A DNA stretch of 64,000 nucleotides, from contig JAZSBR010000033.1 in NCBI GenBank assembly GCA_045602545.1, positions 14,645-78,644 on the forward strand. Reading direction: 5' to 3'. The DNA comes from Alphaproteobacteria bacterium (GTDB lineage Bacteria; Pseudomonadota; Alphaproteobacteria; RF32; CAG-239). Positions 34,939 through 45,554 of this stretch are shown one piece after another; the first letter of the stretch is position 1; each line of letters starts with the position of its first letter. The position numbers and the translations under genes were made by a program. Under the pieces are notes generated by a model. It saw nothing but the letters and a program-made list of their open reading frames with translations, was not told the DNA's origin and made no database searches.

Positions 34939-37491
34939 TTATTCTCTTCCGGAATTAAGCTTTCCTACGCCTTGAGCCACAGTCTTCACAGGAGTGTCAC
35001 CGCTTCCGGAGATAGCTGTATTATCCTTACCCGTAAATTTCTGTTCTCTCCAAGTGAAGTTGTGCTCATCAGGAGCCTTCTTCTGAACATTATTAACTGT
35101 TTCATCAACATTAGCGCCTTCAAGAGCCTTATGTTTATCAGCAAATGTTTCCTCAACTTTGGCAGCTTCCGGAGCCGGAGTATTTTCCGGAGCCGGAGTT
35201 TCAGGAGCCGGAGTATTATCAACACGCGGATGCTTATTAACAAAAGCATGTCTTTCCCAAGCATTTTGATAATCTTCGCAGTTAACTCTTGCACCGGCAA
35301 AGGTATTATTGGTAACACCGATATCAGCGCCTTCACCGATATACTTACCTTTTTCGTTAATAAGAGCCAATACACCATCAAGCTTATCAGCTGAAATGTC
35401 AGTAACTTCGTTACAAATAATGATTTTGTTCAAAGCGTGCATTTCTTCAGCATTAACCCAATACATCGGATTACCATCTTCACCGAGTTTTGTTACCAAA
35501 TAGTTTGTACCTTTAAGAACTTCAACTCTTTCTGTTTGTTTAATAAGCTGAATATACTTAAACAAAACTTCTTCGTTTGATTGGTTTTGGAAATATCCTG
35601 CTGCGCGAGCATTATCAATATTTTGATATACATTTTCCATTGCGTCTTTAGGATCAATATTTCCTTTTCCGAAGATATAAGCATGGTCTTTATAAATACC
35701 TGTAATATCGCGGTTCAAAGCATTCCATTGCTTTTCGGTGATATCTCCTTGCCATTCAACCGGAGTATGCTCAACTGTTGTACCTTCAACACCGGTACCA
35801 TCAGCACCACCATTTCCGGCACCTTCGGCACCACCGTTTCCGGCACCATCGGTACCACCATTTCCGGCACCATCAGCACCGCCGTTTCCGGCATCAGCAC
35901 CTGTAACACCATCTACACCTGCGCCTGCATTTTCAGCACCGCCATTTGCAATACTATCAGCATTTATTGCAGCACTCACTGCATTACTTAACAAAGCGGC
36001 ACCTGCTGAAATAAAGAAGCCTTTTTTAGCACTATCCAATGCTGCTTTATTTTCTTCAGTGGCATCTTTCTTATAATCACTACTAGCGAGAGCCCAGTTT
36101 GTTCCTTGAGATGAAACGCTTCCCAAAGATCTGGCCGCACCCATTGTGGCGCGAGCAAGCACAGTGTTTGCAGCAGCCGTTTTTGCTGCACCAAGACCCA
36201 AAGCAGTAGCCATTGCACCTGTTGCAGCCCAACCGAATAATCCGGCACCGGCAATACCTGCCGCAGCGGTCAAACCGCCATTTACTTTAAACTTACGATA
36301 TTTCTTTTCATCAGACCTAATGCCCTTCCATGCATTATTCAAACCTTTGAAACCGCTCCATTTTGCCTTATCTTCAGCTTTTGCTTTTTGATTACGACGC
36401 TCATCGTTAACAAGCCAAGCAAATGAACTTACCGCAAAATAAGTTGCCAATCCGGCAGCAGCTGCTATCGGCGCAACACCGGCAGTCAATCCGGCACCGG
36501 TAACAACAGCGGCATCAGTAATAATGCGAGCCTTGTTTTGCTTCAGTCCCTGCCATACGCCTTTTGCCATATCAAAAGCTTTGCCCCAGAATCCGCGGCG
36601 TTTTTGATTATAATCTTCTTTTACCTTATTAAAGGTGTTAGCGGATTTCTTAAGGTTTGCGGCACGCAAACCTTGTTCATATTCATCCATGGCAACGGAA
36701 GTATTTACGGTAGTATTAAGAATTTGTTTCGGTTTAACATTAACCGGTTTCTTAGTATAAAATGCTTCCAAAGCAGCACGCATATCAGCCAAAGCTTTTT
36801 GTTGATAAGATGAGTTTGCTTCTGTATTAGGCTTTGCTTCTTCGGCTGTTGCTTCTTTAACAGCGCTTGCTGCAACAGATTTTGCCATTTTGAAGTTGAA
36901 AACATCTGTAACGCTTTCTTCCAAAATCTTGCGTTTTTGTTCTTCGTCATAAGAAGCAAATTTTTCATCACGACCATAAAACATATAAACTTCGTGTTTT
37001 GCCGCTTCCAAAACTTCATTTAAAACAGTCTTACGAACTTGTTTTTCTTCGTCTTTTTGTTCCGGAGTTTTATCTTCTCCTTCACCTAAAATATTTCCAT
37101 CATTATCAACGCCAACGTGATTTGTATCACGATTAACAATCAAATTTAAGCGTGTCTTAAATCCTTCTTCCGCATAAATTGAGATAATGCCGTTAAGATT
37201 TTTCTCAACGTCTTCATCGTTATTCAAATCCTGATTTTCATCACCCAGAATTCCACGCTCATCTTTATCATTTTCCATTGCCTTAAGAGCTTTTTCAACG
37301 GTTTCATTAACACCGTCTTCAACTTCTTTAACTTCTTTAAGAGCCGGATTTTCCGGATCATACATTCTCAAATATTGCAAAGCAGCTTCAAAATCCTTGC
37401 CTCTTTCCTCAGAAGCCACGATTTCGCGTGCTCTATCCAAATTCATCTCAGCATTGTTAACGCCGTTTTGTTTATTTCTATTTTTTGCCAT
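34939..37491 (-). CDS. large hypothetical protein with central hydrophobic helical hairpin and low-complexity repeats (GADGAGNGG, TPAPE); candidate secreted or effector-like protein
   Basis: Start ATG 37491 with GGAG RBS (MAKNRNKQNG...); no N-terminal signal peptide; central TM-like segments (AAVVTGAGLTAGVAPIAAAAGLATYFAVSSFAWLV); Gly/Ala/Asn/Asp repeats; C-terminal PAPE repeats. Confidence 0.4.
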   Translation of the reverse strand: MAKNRNKQNGVNNAEMNLDRAREIVASEERGKDFEAALQYLRMYDPENPALKEVKEVEDGVNETVEKALKAMENDKDERGILGDENQDLNNDEDVEKNLNGIISIYAEEGFKTRLNLIVNRDTNHVGVDNDGNILGEGEDKTPEQKDEEKQVRKTVLNEVLEAAKHEVYMFYGRDEKFASYDEEQKRKILEESVTDVFNFKMAKSVAASAVKEATAEEAKPNTEANSSYQQKALADMRAALEAFYTKKPVNVKPKQILNTTVNTSVAMDEYEQGLRAANLKKSANTFNKVKEDYNQKRRGFWGKAFDMAKGVWQGLKQNKARIITDAAVVTGAGLTAGVAPIAAAAGLATYFAVSSFAWLVNDERRNQKAKAEDKAKWSGFKGLNNAWKGIRSDEKKYRKFKVNGGLTAAAGIAGAGLFGWAATGAMATALGLGAAKTAAANTVLARATMGAARSLGSVSSQGTNWALASSDYKKDATEENKAALDSAKKGFFISAGAALLSNAVSAAINADSIANGGAENAGAGVDGVTGADAGNGGADGAGNGGTDGAGNGGAEGAGNGGADGTGVEGTTVEHTPVEWQGDITEKQWNALNRDITGIYKDHAYIFGKGNIDPKDAMENVYQNIDNARAAGYFQNQSNEEVLFKYIQLIKQTERVEVLKGTNYLVTKLGEDGNPMYWVNAEEMHALNKIIICNEVTDISADKLDGVLALINEKGKYIGEGADIGVTNNTFAGARVNCEDYQNAWERHAFVNKHPRVDNTPAPETPAPENTPAPEAAKVEETFADKHKALEGANVDETVNNVQKKAPDEHNFTWREQKFTGKDNTAISGSGDTPVKTVAQGVGKLNSGRE

Positions 37492-37736
37492 TTTTATCTC
37501 CATCTATTCAAATTGTGAACACACCATACACCATTTTTTACCAAATTGCAAGACTTTTTTGTCAAAAAAATGAAAAAAAGTGCATTTTTTTCTACACTAA
37601 CTTATTTTTATATCCAAAATCGACAAATTACACATCTTTTGCGCAGTATAAAAGGCAAAAAAACTTGCTTATTTTAACACTTTATATTATAGATAGGCAA
37701 AACTTTGTTTTATAAACCAGTGTTCGGACGAAAAAT

Positions 37737-38816
37737 ATGAAGGTAGATTTATTTGATTTTGACTTAGACCGCGATTTAATTGCCAAACAGCCGGCGAATC
37801 CGCGCGACTCCTCGCGTTTGTTGGATTTATCCGACGAATCGACAATTTGTGACCGCCACTTTTATGATTTGCCTAAAATTTTGCGCGCCGGCGATGTTCT
37901 GGTTTTTAATGATACAAAGGTTATTCCGGCTCGGCTTTACGGACAGCGCGGTGAAGCTTTGGTTGAAGTGACGCTCTATCATCCGGAAGACGGTCTTTCT
38001 TGGTGGGCATTCATTAAAAATGCCAAACGTCTGCGAATCGGTGATTTTATTAAGTTTTATACCTCCGAAATCAGCGCCGAATCCTCTGATTTTGTGGCAG
38101 AAGTCCTGAAAAAAGATGCCGAAGACGGTGTTTTGATAAAGTTTACCTGCAATCCCGATGATTTAGGAAAAATGCTTGAAAAATACGGTTCAATGCCTCT
38201 TCCTCCTTATATCAAACGTGAAAAACCGCTTAAAGGCTTATGGAATCCGTATAATGATAAGGAAGACTATCAAACCGTTTATGCCAAGCACGAGGGTGCG
38301 GTTGCCGCTCCGACCGCCGGTCTGCACTTTACCGACCGCTTGTTAAAAGAAATTGATGACATGGGCGTGAAACGTGTATTTTTAACGCTTCATGTCGGTG
38401 CCGGAACATTTTTACCGGTCAAAACCGATGATACCGACAATCACAAAATGCATGCCGAATATGGTGTGATTTCGCCCGAATCAGCTGAGATAATCAATCA
38501 GGCAAAGCGCGAAGGTCGGCGGATTATTGCCGTCGGCACAACCTCGGTGCGCCTGCTTGAAAGCGCCGCCGATGAAAGCGGAATTTTGCACCCGTTTGTC
38601 GGCGAAACCGATATTTTTATCACTCCGGGCTATAAATTTAAGATTATTGATATGATAATCACCAATTTTCACCTGCCGAAATCAACTCTTTTTATGCTGA
38701 TTTGCGCCATTGCCGGCACCGAGCGTATGAAAAAAGCCTATGCACACGCCATAAAGGAAAAATATCGTTTTTATTCCTATGGCGATAGTTCTATCTTAAA
38801 ATGTGTGAATAAATAA
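37737..38816 (+). CDS. queA: S-adenosylmethionine:tRNA ribosyltransferase-isomerase QueA
   Basis: 359 aa; MKVDLFDFDLDRDLIAKQPANPRDSSRLL is the canonical QueA N-terminus. Confidence 0.85.
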   Translation: MKVDLFDFDLDRDLIAKQPANPRDSSRLLDLSDESTICDRHFYDLPKILRAGDVLVFNDTKVIPARLYGQRGEALVEVTLYHPEDGLSWWAFIKNAKRLRIGDFIKFYTSEISAESSDFVAEVLKKDAEDGVLIKFTCNPDDLGKMLEKYGSMPLPPYIKREKPLKGLWNPYNDKEDYQTVYAKHEGAVAAPTAGLHFTDRLLKEIDDMGVKRVFLTLHVGAGTFLPVKTDDTDNHKMHAEYGVISPESAEIINQAKREGRRIIAVGTTSVRLLESAADESGILHPFVGETDIFITPGYKFKIIDMIITNFHLPKSTLFMLICAIAGTERMKKAYAHAIKEKYRFYSYGDSSILKCVNK

Positions 38817-38975
38817 GCTTTATTTGATTTTCTGGCGCAACAGACATTTTTTATAGTAACAATCCGAAAAAGCTTTACTTTTCTGCCTTTTTATGTTATA
38901 CTGTTTAAAATGTGTAAAAGTAATTTTACTCATTAGTTTATATTTTAACTATTTTTTTGAAAAGGAATGTTTACG

Positions 38976-39863
38976 ATGAAAAATTTAAATAAAAACTTTT
39001 TTGCCCTTTCTATGGTCCTATGCCTTGGCATATCAACTCAAGCATGGGGAGGGGTAGATGATAATTCAGGAATACCTGATAACTGTGGTACCGGTTGCAC
39101 TTGGACATACAATAGCACCACCAAGACCTTAACAATTACCGGTTCCGGCAACACTATACCTGATGTTAATACATGGAAAAGCACAGCTATAAAGAAAGCT
39201 GAAAATTTGGTCATCACCGGTGTTAGTGAATTAAATAAAAATTCTGCCGGAGCTTTTGCTGATTTTAAATCTTTAAAAAATATTTCTGCTGATAATAATC
39301 TAAGGGTAATAGGTGAGGATGCGTTTAAAAATTGTAATGCCTTACAAAGTTTTGATATACCGTCATCTGTAACAACAATAGGAACAAACGCTTTTAGGAG
39401 TGCTTTTGCCACTTCTTACACAGATGAAAATGGTAATACGGTTGGAACAAGTTTAGTTATACCTGATAGTGTTACCAGTATCGGCAAACAGGCTTTTGAC
39501 GGTAACAAACTTTCAACGATAATTATACCTGATGATGTTACTCTAGGAACTAAGGCTCTTAATGGTTCTACTGCTGAAATCATCTGTCAGGGCAACTTAA
39601 CGCTTTGTGAACAAAAAGCCACAGCTGCAAAAGCTCCTGCCGGCTCCACAAAAGCTGCCAGTGAATTACAATGCTATGGCGATAAGCACTATTGGAACGG
39701 CACAAACTGCGTAAATGAGCCGAACAAGGCCAACCGCACCTGCTCTTCAAGCTATAAAATGAATGACGGGCTTTGTGACCGCGTACGTTACACTCCGGCT
39801 GAAGCCGCTAAAATGGTGACTAACGATAATAACAATTCCGTTACCATAACATTTAAAAAATAG
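38976..39863 (+). CDS. secreted BspA-type LRR protein with conserved C-terminal domain (family member 5; no conserved leader module)
   Basis: ATG 38976 with AAAGGA RBS 9 nt upstream; signal peptide MKNLNKNFFALSMVLCLGISTQAWG; LRR_5 repeats (DIPSSVTTIGTNAF...IPDSVTSIGKQAF...IPDDVTLGTKAL); C-terminus CSSSYKMNDGLCDRVRYTPAEAAKMVTNDNNNSVTITFKK. Confidence 0.7.
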   Translation: MKNLNKNFFALSMVLCLGISTQAWGGVDDNSGIPDNCGTGCTWTYNSTTKTLTITGSGNTIPDVNTWKSTAIKKAENLVITGVSELNKNSAGAFADFKSLKNISADNNLRVIGEDAFKNCNALQSFDIPSSVTTIGTNAFRSAFATSYTDENGNTVGTSLVIPDSVTSIGKQAFDGNKLSTIIIPDDVTLGTKALNGSTAEIICQGNLTLCEQKATAAKAPAGSTKAASELQCYGDKHYWNGTNCVNEPNKANRTCSSSYKMNDGLCDRVRYTPAEAAKMVTNDNNNSVTITFKK

Positions 39864-39912
39864 ATTGACACATTCAAAAATTGCGCTAAGCTTTATTGAG
39901 AGGTAATATCTT

Positions 39913-40380
39913 ATGACATCAAGTTTAGCGCAATTTAAGCAACAATTAAAGCCTTATAAAGCCATAATCGGATTTGATTATGGCTCAAAACGTTTGGGCA
40001 TAGCCGTATCTGATTTGTTGCTGACCGTGGCGACGCCTTATGCTATCTGGAGGCGCTCCGATTTTGCAAAAGATTTGGCTTATATTCAAAAAGTTATCGC
40101 TGAAAAAGAAGTCGGCGCCATTGTTTTCGGCCTGCCCTTGCAGATGAACGGTGAAGAAGGAGATATCGCCAAAGAAGTGCGCGCCTTTGCCGATAAACTA
40201 GCCGAGCATATTGATTTGCCGATGTTCTTTTGGGACGAGCGCCTATCATCATCCGCCATGGAAAATTTCTTAATCAAAGAAGTTGATATGTCACGTGCCA
40301 AGCGCAAAAAGGTTTTAGACGCCTCTGCCGCCTCATACATTTTACAAGGTGTTTTGGACGCACTGCAATATATTTCTTAA
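39913..40380 (+). CDS. ruvX: Holliday-junction-resolvase-like RuvX/YqgF
   Basis: 155 aa; IIGFDYGSKRLGIAVSD N-terminal motif of the YqgF family. Confidence 0.8.
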   Translation: MTSSLAQFKQQLKPYKAIIGFDYGSKRLGIAVSDLLLTVATPYAIWRRSDFAKDLAYIQKVIAEKEVGAIVFGLPLQMNGEEGDIAKEVRAFADKLAEHIDLPMFFWDERLSSSAMENFLIKEVDMSRAKRKKVLDASAASYILQGVLDALQYIS

Positions 40381-41351
40381 GTAACTTCCACAATCGCACG
40401 AGTGTTGCCGACACGGGCAATTTGCACCACATGAAGCTTGCGTTGCATTTCATCAAGTGTTTGTTCAACATTGACGGCACCAGCGGTTGAAGCCATAATA
40501 CGTTTAATAAATTGCAAATATGCCTCTTGTGAGCTTTCCGCGTGGATGGTGGCAAAGCAGTTGTCGTGACCTGAACCCATAAGTTGCCAAATACCGCTGG
40601 CATTACTGGTTGAAATCTCACCGCCGATAATGGCATCGGGAGTAAAACGTACCACCAAGTCAATAATGTTTGAATAGTCAATGGAGTTGGTTTGGTCGGT
40701 ACGTGACATAACAAGATGCACTCTGTTCGGGTGCGGAACAATAAGTTCTCGCGTATCTTCAACCGTTATAATACGTTTATGAATATCCAAAATCTTCAAT
40801 AAGTTGTTCAAAAAGGTTGTTTTACCGGTTGAGGTTGCACCGCTGACCAAAATATGTTCACCGCGTTTAATATATAAAAGCAAGCGCTCATAAGCATCAT
40901 CAGGAACCTTAATATCTTTCAGAGGGTTTAGTTTTTTCAAAGCCTGACCTTGGCGCATTCCGTAGTCTTCCAAACCGAAAGCAACATCGTCGGCATGAAG
41001 ACGCATGGTTAAGGCCACACCACCTGTCAAATCGTCATTATCATACATAATGTTTCGCCCGCAGATGGCAGAAAAACGGTGCCCGCCCGGAATAGTGGCA
41101 TAAACAAGAGGCGAACCCTGCAACGGGTCAAAACTTATCTCATAGGTATTGGCAATGATATAAAGAAGGTCAATCAAATATTCTTTGGTAAGCTTTTCAT
41201 CTTTATACATAACCCACGGATATGCCCTTTTTCCGCGCATTCTGAGCCATATCTGACCGGAGCGATTAACGGCGATTTCCTCCAAGTTATCTTGGTTATA
41301 CCAATAAGCCAGAGGTCTTAAAACAGATTCCAATACCGAAAAATCACTCAT
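40377..41351 (-). CDS. virB11: type IV secretion ATPase VirB11
   Basis: 324 aa; Walker A GATSTGKTTFLN; VirB11/GspE-family architecture; last gene of the virB-like cluster. Confidence 0.85.
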   Translation of the reverse strand: MSDFSVLESVLRPLAYWYNQDNLEEIAVNRSGQIWLRMRGKRAYPWVMYKDEKLTKEYLIDLLYIIANTYEISFDPLQGSPLVYATIPGGHRFSAICGRNIMYDNDDLTGGVALTMRLHADDVAFGLEDYGMRQGQALKKLNPLKDIKVPDDAYERLLLYIKRGEHILVSGATSTGKTTFLNNLLKILDIHKRIITVEDTRELIVPHPNRVHLVMSRTDQTNSIDYSNIIDLVVRFTPDAIIGGEISTSNASGIWQLMGSGHDNCFATIHAESSQEAYLQFIKRIMASTAGAVNVEQTLDEMQRKLHVVQIARVGNTRAIVEVT

Positions 41352-41361
41352 TTTTCCCTCC

Positions 41362-44300
41362 TTACATCAAATCCGGAACAGCCCCGACATCGCCCTGCGG
41401 AGATGATTGCTGTGTTGTTGCCGGAACATTTGATTGACGACGTTTACGCGTGTTTGCATTTGTCGGGTTGCTGGTTGTGAGCGAAGCCGGAGCAACCTCT
41501 TCTTCATATTCTTCGTCATAATCAACCTTATTTCCGCCACCTGATGAACCTTCACTTATAGTACCGGCGCGCGCATCAGTATTTTCTGAAGTCAAGCCTT
41601 TTTCCATGCTGTCAACTTCTCTTGCCTGACGCTCCTGATTACGCTTTTCGCTGTTAAGCCACAAATCCTCGTTCGGAAAAATGATGATTCTGGTACCGGC
41701 CGGAACATAAGTAACCGAACGAATTTTAACCTTGTCCTCCATCATATCATTAATCATTTTATCCATTTGTGCCAAAAATTCCGTACGAGCCTGATCAGCT
41801 GCACGGGCCTTATCATCTTCCGTTGTAGTACCGTTATTATTGGTTTTAGACCCACCGCTTGCTGCCGTAACATAAGAAATTGCACTAGATAATACGGTAG
41901 CGGCAAGAGGCTCGGCATATTTTTTCAAGAGTTGCTGATCCAAATAACCGATAGCGCCTGCACGACCTTGAGCATCGGCTGTTTGGGCCGAATTAAGCAA
42001 GAATTGCGCTCCGTCCGGACGAATAATTCTTTTCCATTCAATACCGATTTTAACGGCTCCGCCCGTATTTCCGCCGGTATTTGCTCCGCCACCGCTGACA
42101 GCACCGATAGCACGACTGCCGGCCGGAATAATTATGTTTCTGCCGTCTTCGGCATAAATATTTCGCTCAACAATTGCCGTTACCGGAATATTATCGCTAA
42201 ATCCTTCCGAGGCATAAACCGAACGAGCCAAAACTGCCGGAATCGGCTTGTCTTCCAAAATCATCTGGCTCATATCAACACGCCAGCTTGAAATATTTTT
42301 TTCAACTCCCGGCCAACCGTCTTCTTCATATCCGGTAAAGTTAGAAACTTCAAAGTTTGAAGAAATCGGCTTTACGGATATGTTTTTACGGCGCATCTGT
42401 TGCAATTCCGAAAGCGCTCTGGCACGATTCGGATCATATCTTTCGCCTTGACCGAAGCCACCGCCCGGTCCCAAGTTTGTAGGTTGCGAGCCTATACCAT
42501 AAGCGTTTCCGTTACCGAAAGCACCGGCCGGCACAAACATATTTTCAGCCGATGTGCGCTTAATTTCCTCAATACCGATAGGATTATAATCCATATCAAC
42601 AATAATTCCGTCCGATGTTCTGAAACCGATTTGCGTACCGTTTGCATCGCGCACCGTGTTATCATCATAAATATCACCGATAACATCTCCGTCCGGACTT
42701 AAAGCGATACCGATAATTTTTTTGCTCAAATCTTTTATTACGGACGAATCTTTACCTTTTGATTTTGAGGTTGTACGTTCATCTTGCACACCGACTTTTT
42801 TATTATCGGCCCAGCTGTCATCTCCGCGCAGATTTTTCAGACCTTGCCCTTGATAATATTGCAAAGGATAGGCGTTGGCAATTATATCTCCGTTTGAATT
42901 TTTGATTGCGCCGTTATCAGTGATATAGCCGATATTTTGATTTTCATAATCAATCACATTACCGTCAAAACCGAGTTCACCTAAGGCATTGTTACTGCTA
43001 TCTCTGATGGTATAATCACGATTTGCTCTGGCAACAACTTTGTTTTCACGATCTATCACAAAACCATGATCCAAAAATCCGAGCCTGCTTCCGACACTGC
43101 TCAAAACAGTTCCGTCTTTTGTAAAATAGCCGTATGTAATAAAGTTTTCATCATAGGCATAAAAATCATACATTGCATAACCGACAACTTCGCCCTTATT
43201 GACAACCGAGCCGTCAAAAGCAATTTGACCCACTGTTTTTCCGGCATCATCTACAACCGCACCGGAATTTTTCACCAATCCCAAAAACTTGTTTTGTTCA
43301 TCAAAAGCAACCTTATAGCGCATAACATTACCGAGAGTTTTTTTGGATTTTGAAACCACATTTCCATTCGGTTGCATATAACCGATAATCGCATTTTTGG
43401 CATTAACCGCGCTACCGTCTGCCTGAATTTGACCGATTATGTTGTTTTCAAAATCAATCACGGAATCTTGCGAAATAACACCATATTTCCACTTATTGGC
43501 ATCATCTTTGATAATTCCTTGACGATTGATACAACCGATATTGTTGCCGATATAATCCAAACCGCTTCCGTTGTTGACTACGCCTGCAAAGTTTCCGTTA
43601 AAATCAATCAAACCTTTTTGAAAAATACCATATCCGAGATAGCTTCCGACATCGGAAATTGCCTGTCCGTTCGGCAAAACTCTTCCGATAATAACTTCTC
43701 TTGAATTTACCACATCGCCATGACCGTTCATAACACCAAGATTATCGCATTTATCGTTTTGAACACTGATAAACGGCACTGCTTTTCCCACAACATTTGA
43801 AGAATTGTCCAAAACATAGTTGCCATAAACCACAAAACCTCTTGTATTTGAGTTTAAATCAGCAACTTTTCCGGCATTATTGACATATCCGAGCAAATCA
43901 CCGCTGTTGCTGACTGCAACCATGGTTTTTCCGGCATAGCCGGCAAGTGGCATTACATTGTTTTCAGATTGTCCGGCAGTAGCAACCACATAATTTTCCG
44001 GAGTTATTTTATAGGCAATATCCCCGTCTTTGTTCATTATAGTATTGTTATTCATCAAATAACCCAAACTTTCACCTTGCTGATTATATGAAAAGGCAAA
44101 ATTGAGCTTATCGGCAACAAAACCTTCTTTTCCGATTGCCATTCCGTTCGGCGAAACAGTAACATTATCAGACCCGCGATAAAGCGTTCCGTTCGGGGTA
44201 ATATTTGAATAAAAATTTCCTTCCAAGCTATACATCGGAGCCGTTTCAAAACCGGAACCGATAACTTTTTTCTCCGAGTTCAATAAATATCCGAACGGAG

Positions 44301-45552
44301 AAACCGTATTTTTATCATTTGCCAAACCCACTGTTCCGGATGTTTCAACCGTGCCGAGAGGCTTATTATAGGTATTGACTGCCAACATATTTTTGTTGAT
44401 ACCGCCAATCATCAGACCGTTTGTATCAAAGGCAAAATTATTAATCGTGCGCCCGATGGTATTTCCTCCGGTTGCCACCAGCGAGCCGTTATTCATACCC
44501 TCACCCTTTAATGAGCCAAGCACATCAAACACCGGACCGGTTTGAATTGCTTGTCCGATTAACTCGCCTTTATCATTATAAACATAGTTTTTTGCACCGA
44601 TATGCCCGATTGTTTCCGTGCCTTTAATTACATTTCCGTCCGGCACGACACGACCGATATATTTACCGTTCAAGTCAGAAACGGCGGAAGCAATATCCAA
44701 AGTATATCCTATAATTTTTCCGTTTTCATCAACAATCGTTCCATCACTGCGATAATGTCCGATTTCCTCGTTTGACGCATTTAATACCGTTCCGTTATAA
44801 CTGATAATACCTAAATATTTTCCCTTAACATCAAAAGCATATCCCGACATAACAACTCGGCCGATAATTTTTCCGCCTTCATCATAAACATATCCGTTGG
44901 CATGTACATTACCGACCTTTTTGGCTTCAAAGTCAATAACTTCACCTGAAGGAGAGATGCTACCCAAAAACTTTCCGTCGTTTGAAACAACCATTTTAGA
45001 CGAGATTAAACGACCATCAATAACATAACTGTCCGCCGTTTTACGATAAGCATAACCGCCGGCAGAAATAAAACCGAGTTCTTGTCCGTCCATATCGGTA
45101 TATGTTCCGGCACCGGTCATGCGGCCGACAACATTGCCGTCATCAGAATAAATTATTCCCGGAAACAAAATAGCGCCGATAATCTCGTCTTTATTATTGA
45201 TAACCAAACCATTCGGCAAACCGCGCCCCAAATCCTTGCCGGCAAAACTTCTCAAAACACCGTCGCTGTGCATTTTTCCCAAGAGCTTATTATCATAGCC
45301 GATAACAATACCTTGAGGCAAGACACCGCCCAAAATTTTTCCTTCATCATTAACAACCAAACTGTCCGCAGTGATATAACCGATATTTTCGCCATCGGAA
45401 TTGATAACCATACCGGAAGAAATCACCTGTCCGAGAACTTTTCCGTTAAAGTCAACCGTCGTAATTTCCGCCAAAGCAGATTTTACATAAGAAGTAAAAA
45501 ATGCCAAAGCAACTACGGACAGCTTAAAAATATGGTTACTGCTTTTGAACAT
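41362..45552 (-). CDS. virB10: giant VirB10: Sec signal + about 1000 aa of about 20-residue Gly/Asp beta-repeats + VirB10/TrbI C-terminal domain
   Basis: 1396 aa; signal peptide MFKSSNHIFKLSVVALAFFTSYVKSALA; repeats of the type G-x-[VI]-x-D-x-[ND]-G-x-[IL]-[IL]-G; C-terminal region ...PVTAIVERNIYAEDGRNIIIPAGSRAIGAVSG...IGIEWKRIIRPDGAQFLL...AGAIGYLDQQLL... reads as a VirB10/TrbI (PF03743-like) domain; Pro/Ser-rich acidic C-terminal tail. Confidence 0.7.
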   Translation of the reverse strand: MFKSSNHIFKLSVVALAFFTSYVKSALAEITTVDFNGKVLGQVISSGMVINSDGENIGYITADSLVVNDEGKILGGVLPQGIVIGYDNKLLGKMHSDGVLRSFAGKDLGRGLPNGLVINNKDEIIGAILFPGIIYSDDGNVVGRMTGAGTYTDMDGQELGFISAGGYAYRKTADSYVIDGRLISSKMVVSNDGKFLGSISPSGEVIDFEAKKVGNVHANGYVYDEGGKIIGRVVMSGYAFDVKGKYLGIISYNGTVLNASNEEIGHYRSDGTIVDENGKIIGYTLDIASAVSDLNGKYIGRVVPDGNVIKGTETIGHIGAKNYVYNDKGELIGQAIQTGPVFDVLGSLKGEGMNNGSLVATGGNTIGRTINNFAFDTNGLMIGGINKNMLAVNTYNKPLGTVETSGTVGLANDKNTVSPFGYLLNSEKKVIGSGFETAPMYSLEGNFYSNITPNGTLYRGSDNVTVSPNGMAIGKEGFVADKLNFAFSYNQQGESLGYLMNNNTIMNKDGDIAYKITPENYVVATAGQSENNVMPLAGYAGKTMVAVSNSGDLLGYVNNAGKVADLNSNTRGFVVYGNYVLDNSSNVVGKAVPFISVQNDKCDNLGVMNGHGDVVNSREVIIGRVLPNGQAISDVGSYLGYGIFQKGLIDFNGNFAGVVNNGSGLDYIGNNIGCINRQGIIKDDANKWKYGVISQDSVIDFENNIIGQIQADGSAVNAKNAIIGYMQPNGNVVSKSKKTLGNVMRYKVAFDEQNKFLGLVKNSGAVVDDAGKTVGQIAFDGSVVNKGEVVGYAMYDFYAYDENFITYGYFTKDGTVLSSVGSRLGFLDHGFVIDRENKVVARANRDYTIRDSSNNALGELGFDGNVIDYENQNIGYITDNGAIKNSNGDIIANAYPLQYYQGQGLKNLRGDDSWADNKKVGVQDERTTSKSKGKDSSVIKDLSKKIIGIALSPDGDVIGDIYDDNTVRDANGTQIGFRTSDGIIVDMDYNPIGIEEIKRTSAENMFVPAGAFGNGNAYGIGSQPTNLGPGGGFGQGERYDPNRARALSELQQMRRKNISVKPISSNFEVSNFTGYEEDGWPGVEKNISSWRVDMSQMILEDKPIPAVLARSVYASEGFSDNIPVTAIVERNIYAEDGRNIIIPAGSRAIGAVSGGGANTGGNTGGAVKIGIEWKRIIRPDGAQFLLNSAQTADAQGRAGAIGYLDQQLLKKYAEPLAATVLSSAISYVTAASGGSKTNNNGTTTEDDKARAADQARTEFLAQMDKMINDMMEDKVKIRSVTYVPAGTRIIIFPNEDLWLNSEKRNQERQAREVDSMEKGLTSENTDARAGTISEGSSGGGNKVDYDEEYEEEVAPASLTTSNPTNANTRKRRQSNVPATTQQSSPQGDVGAVPDLM

Positions 45553-45554
45553 CT

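Noticed and set aside
35738-36076. Plus-strand ORF encoding PAPS/PFPA repeats
   Set aside because: Reverse-frame image of the Gly/Ala/Asn repeat region of the minus-strand gene 34939..37491
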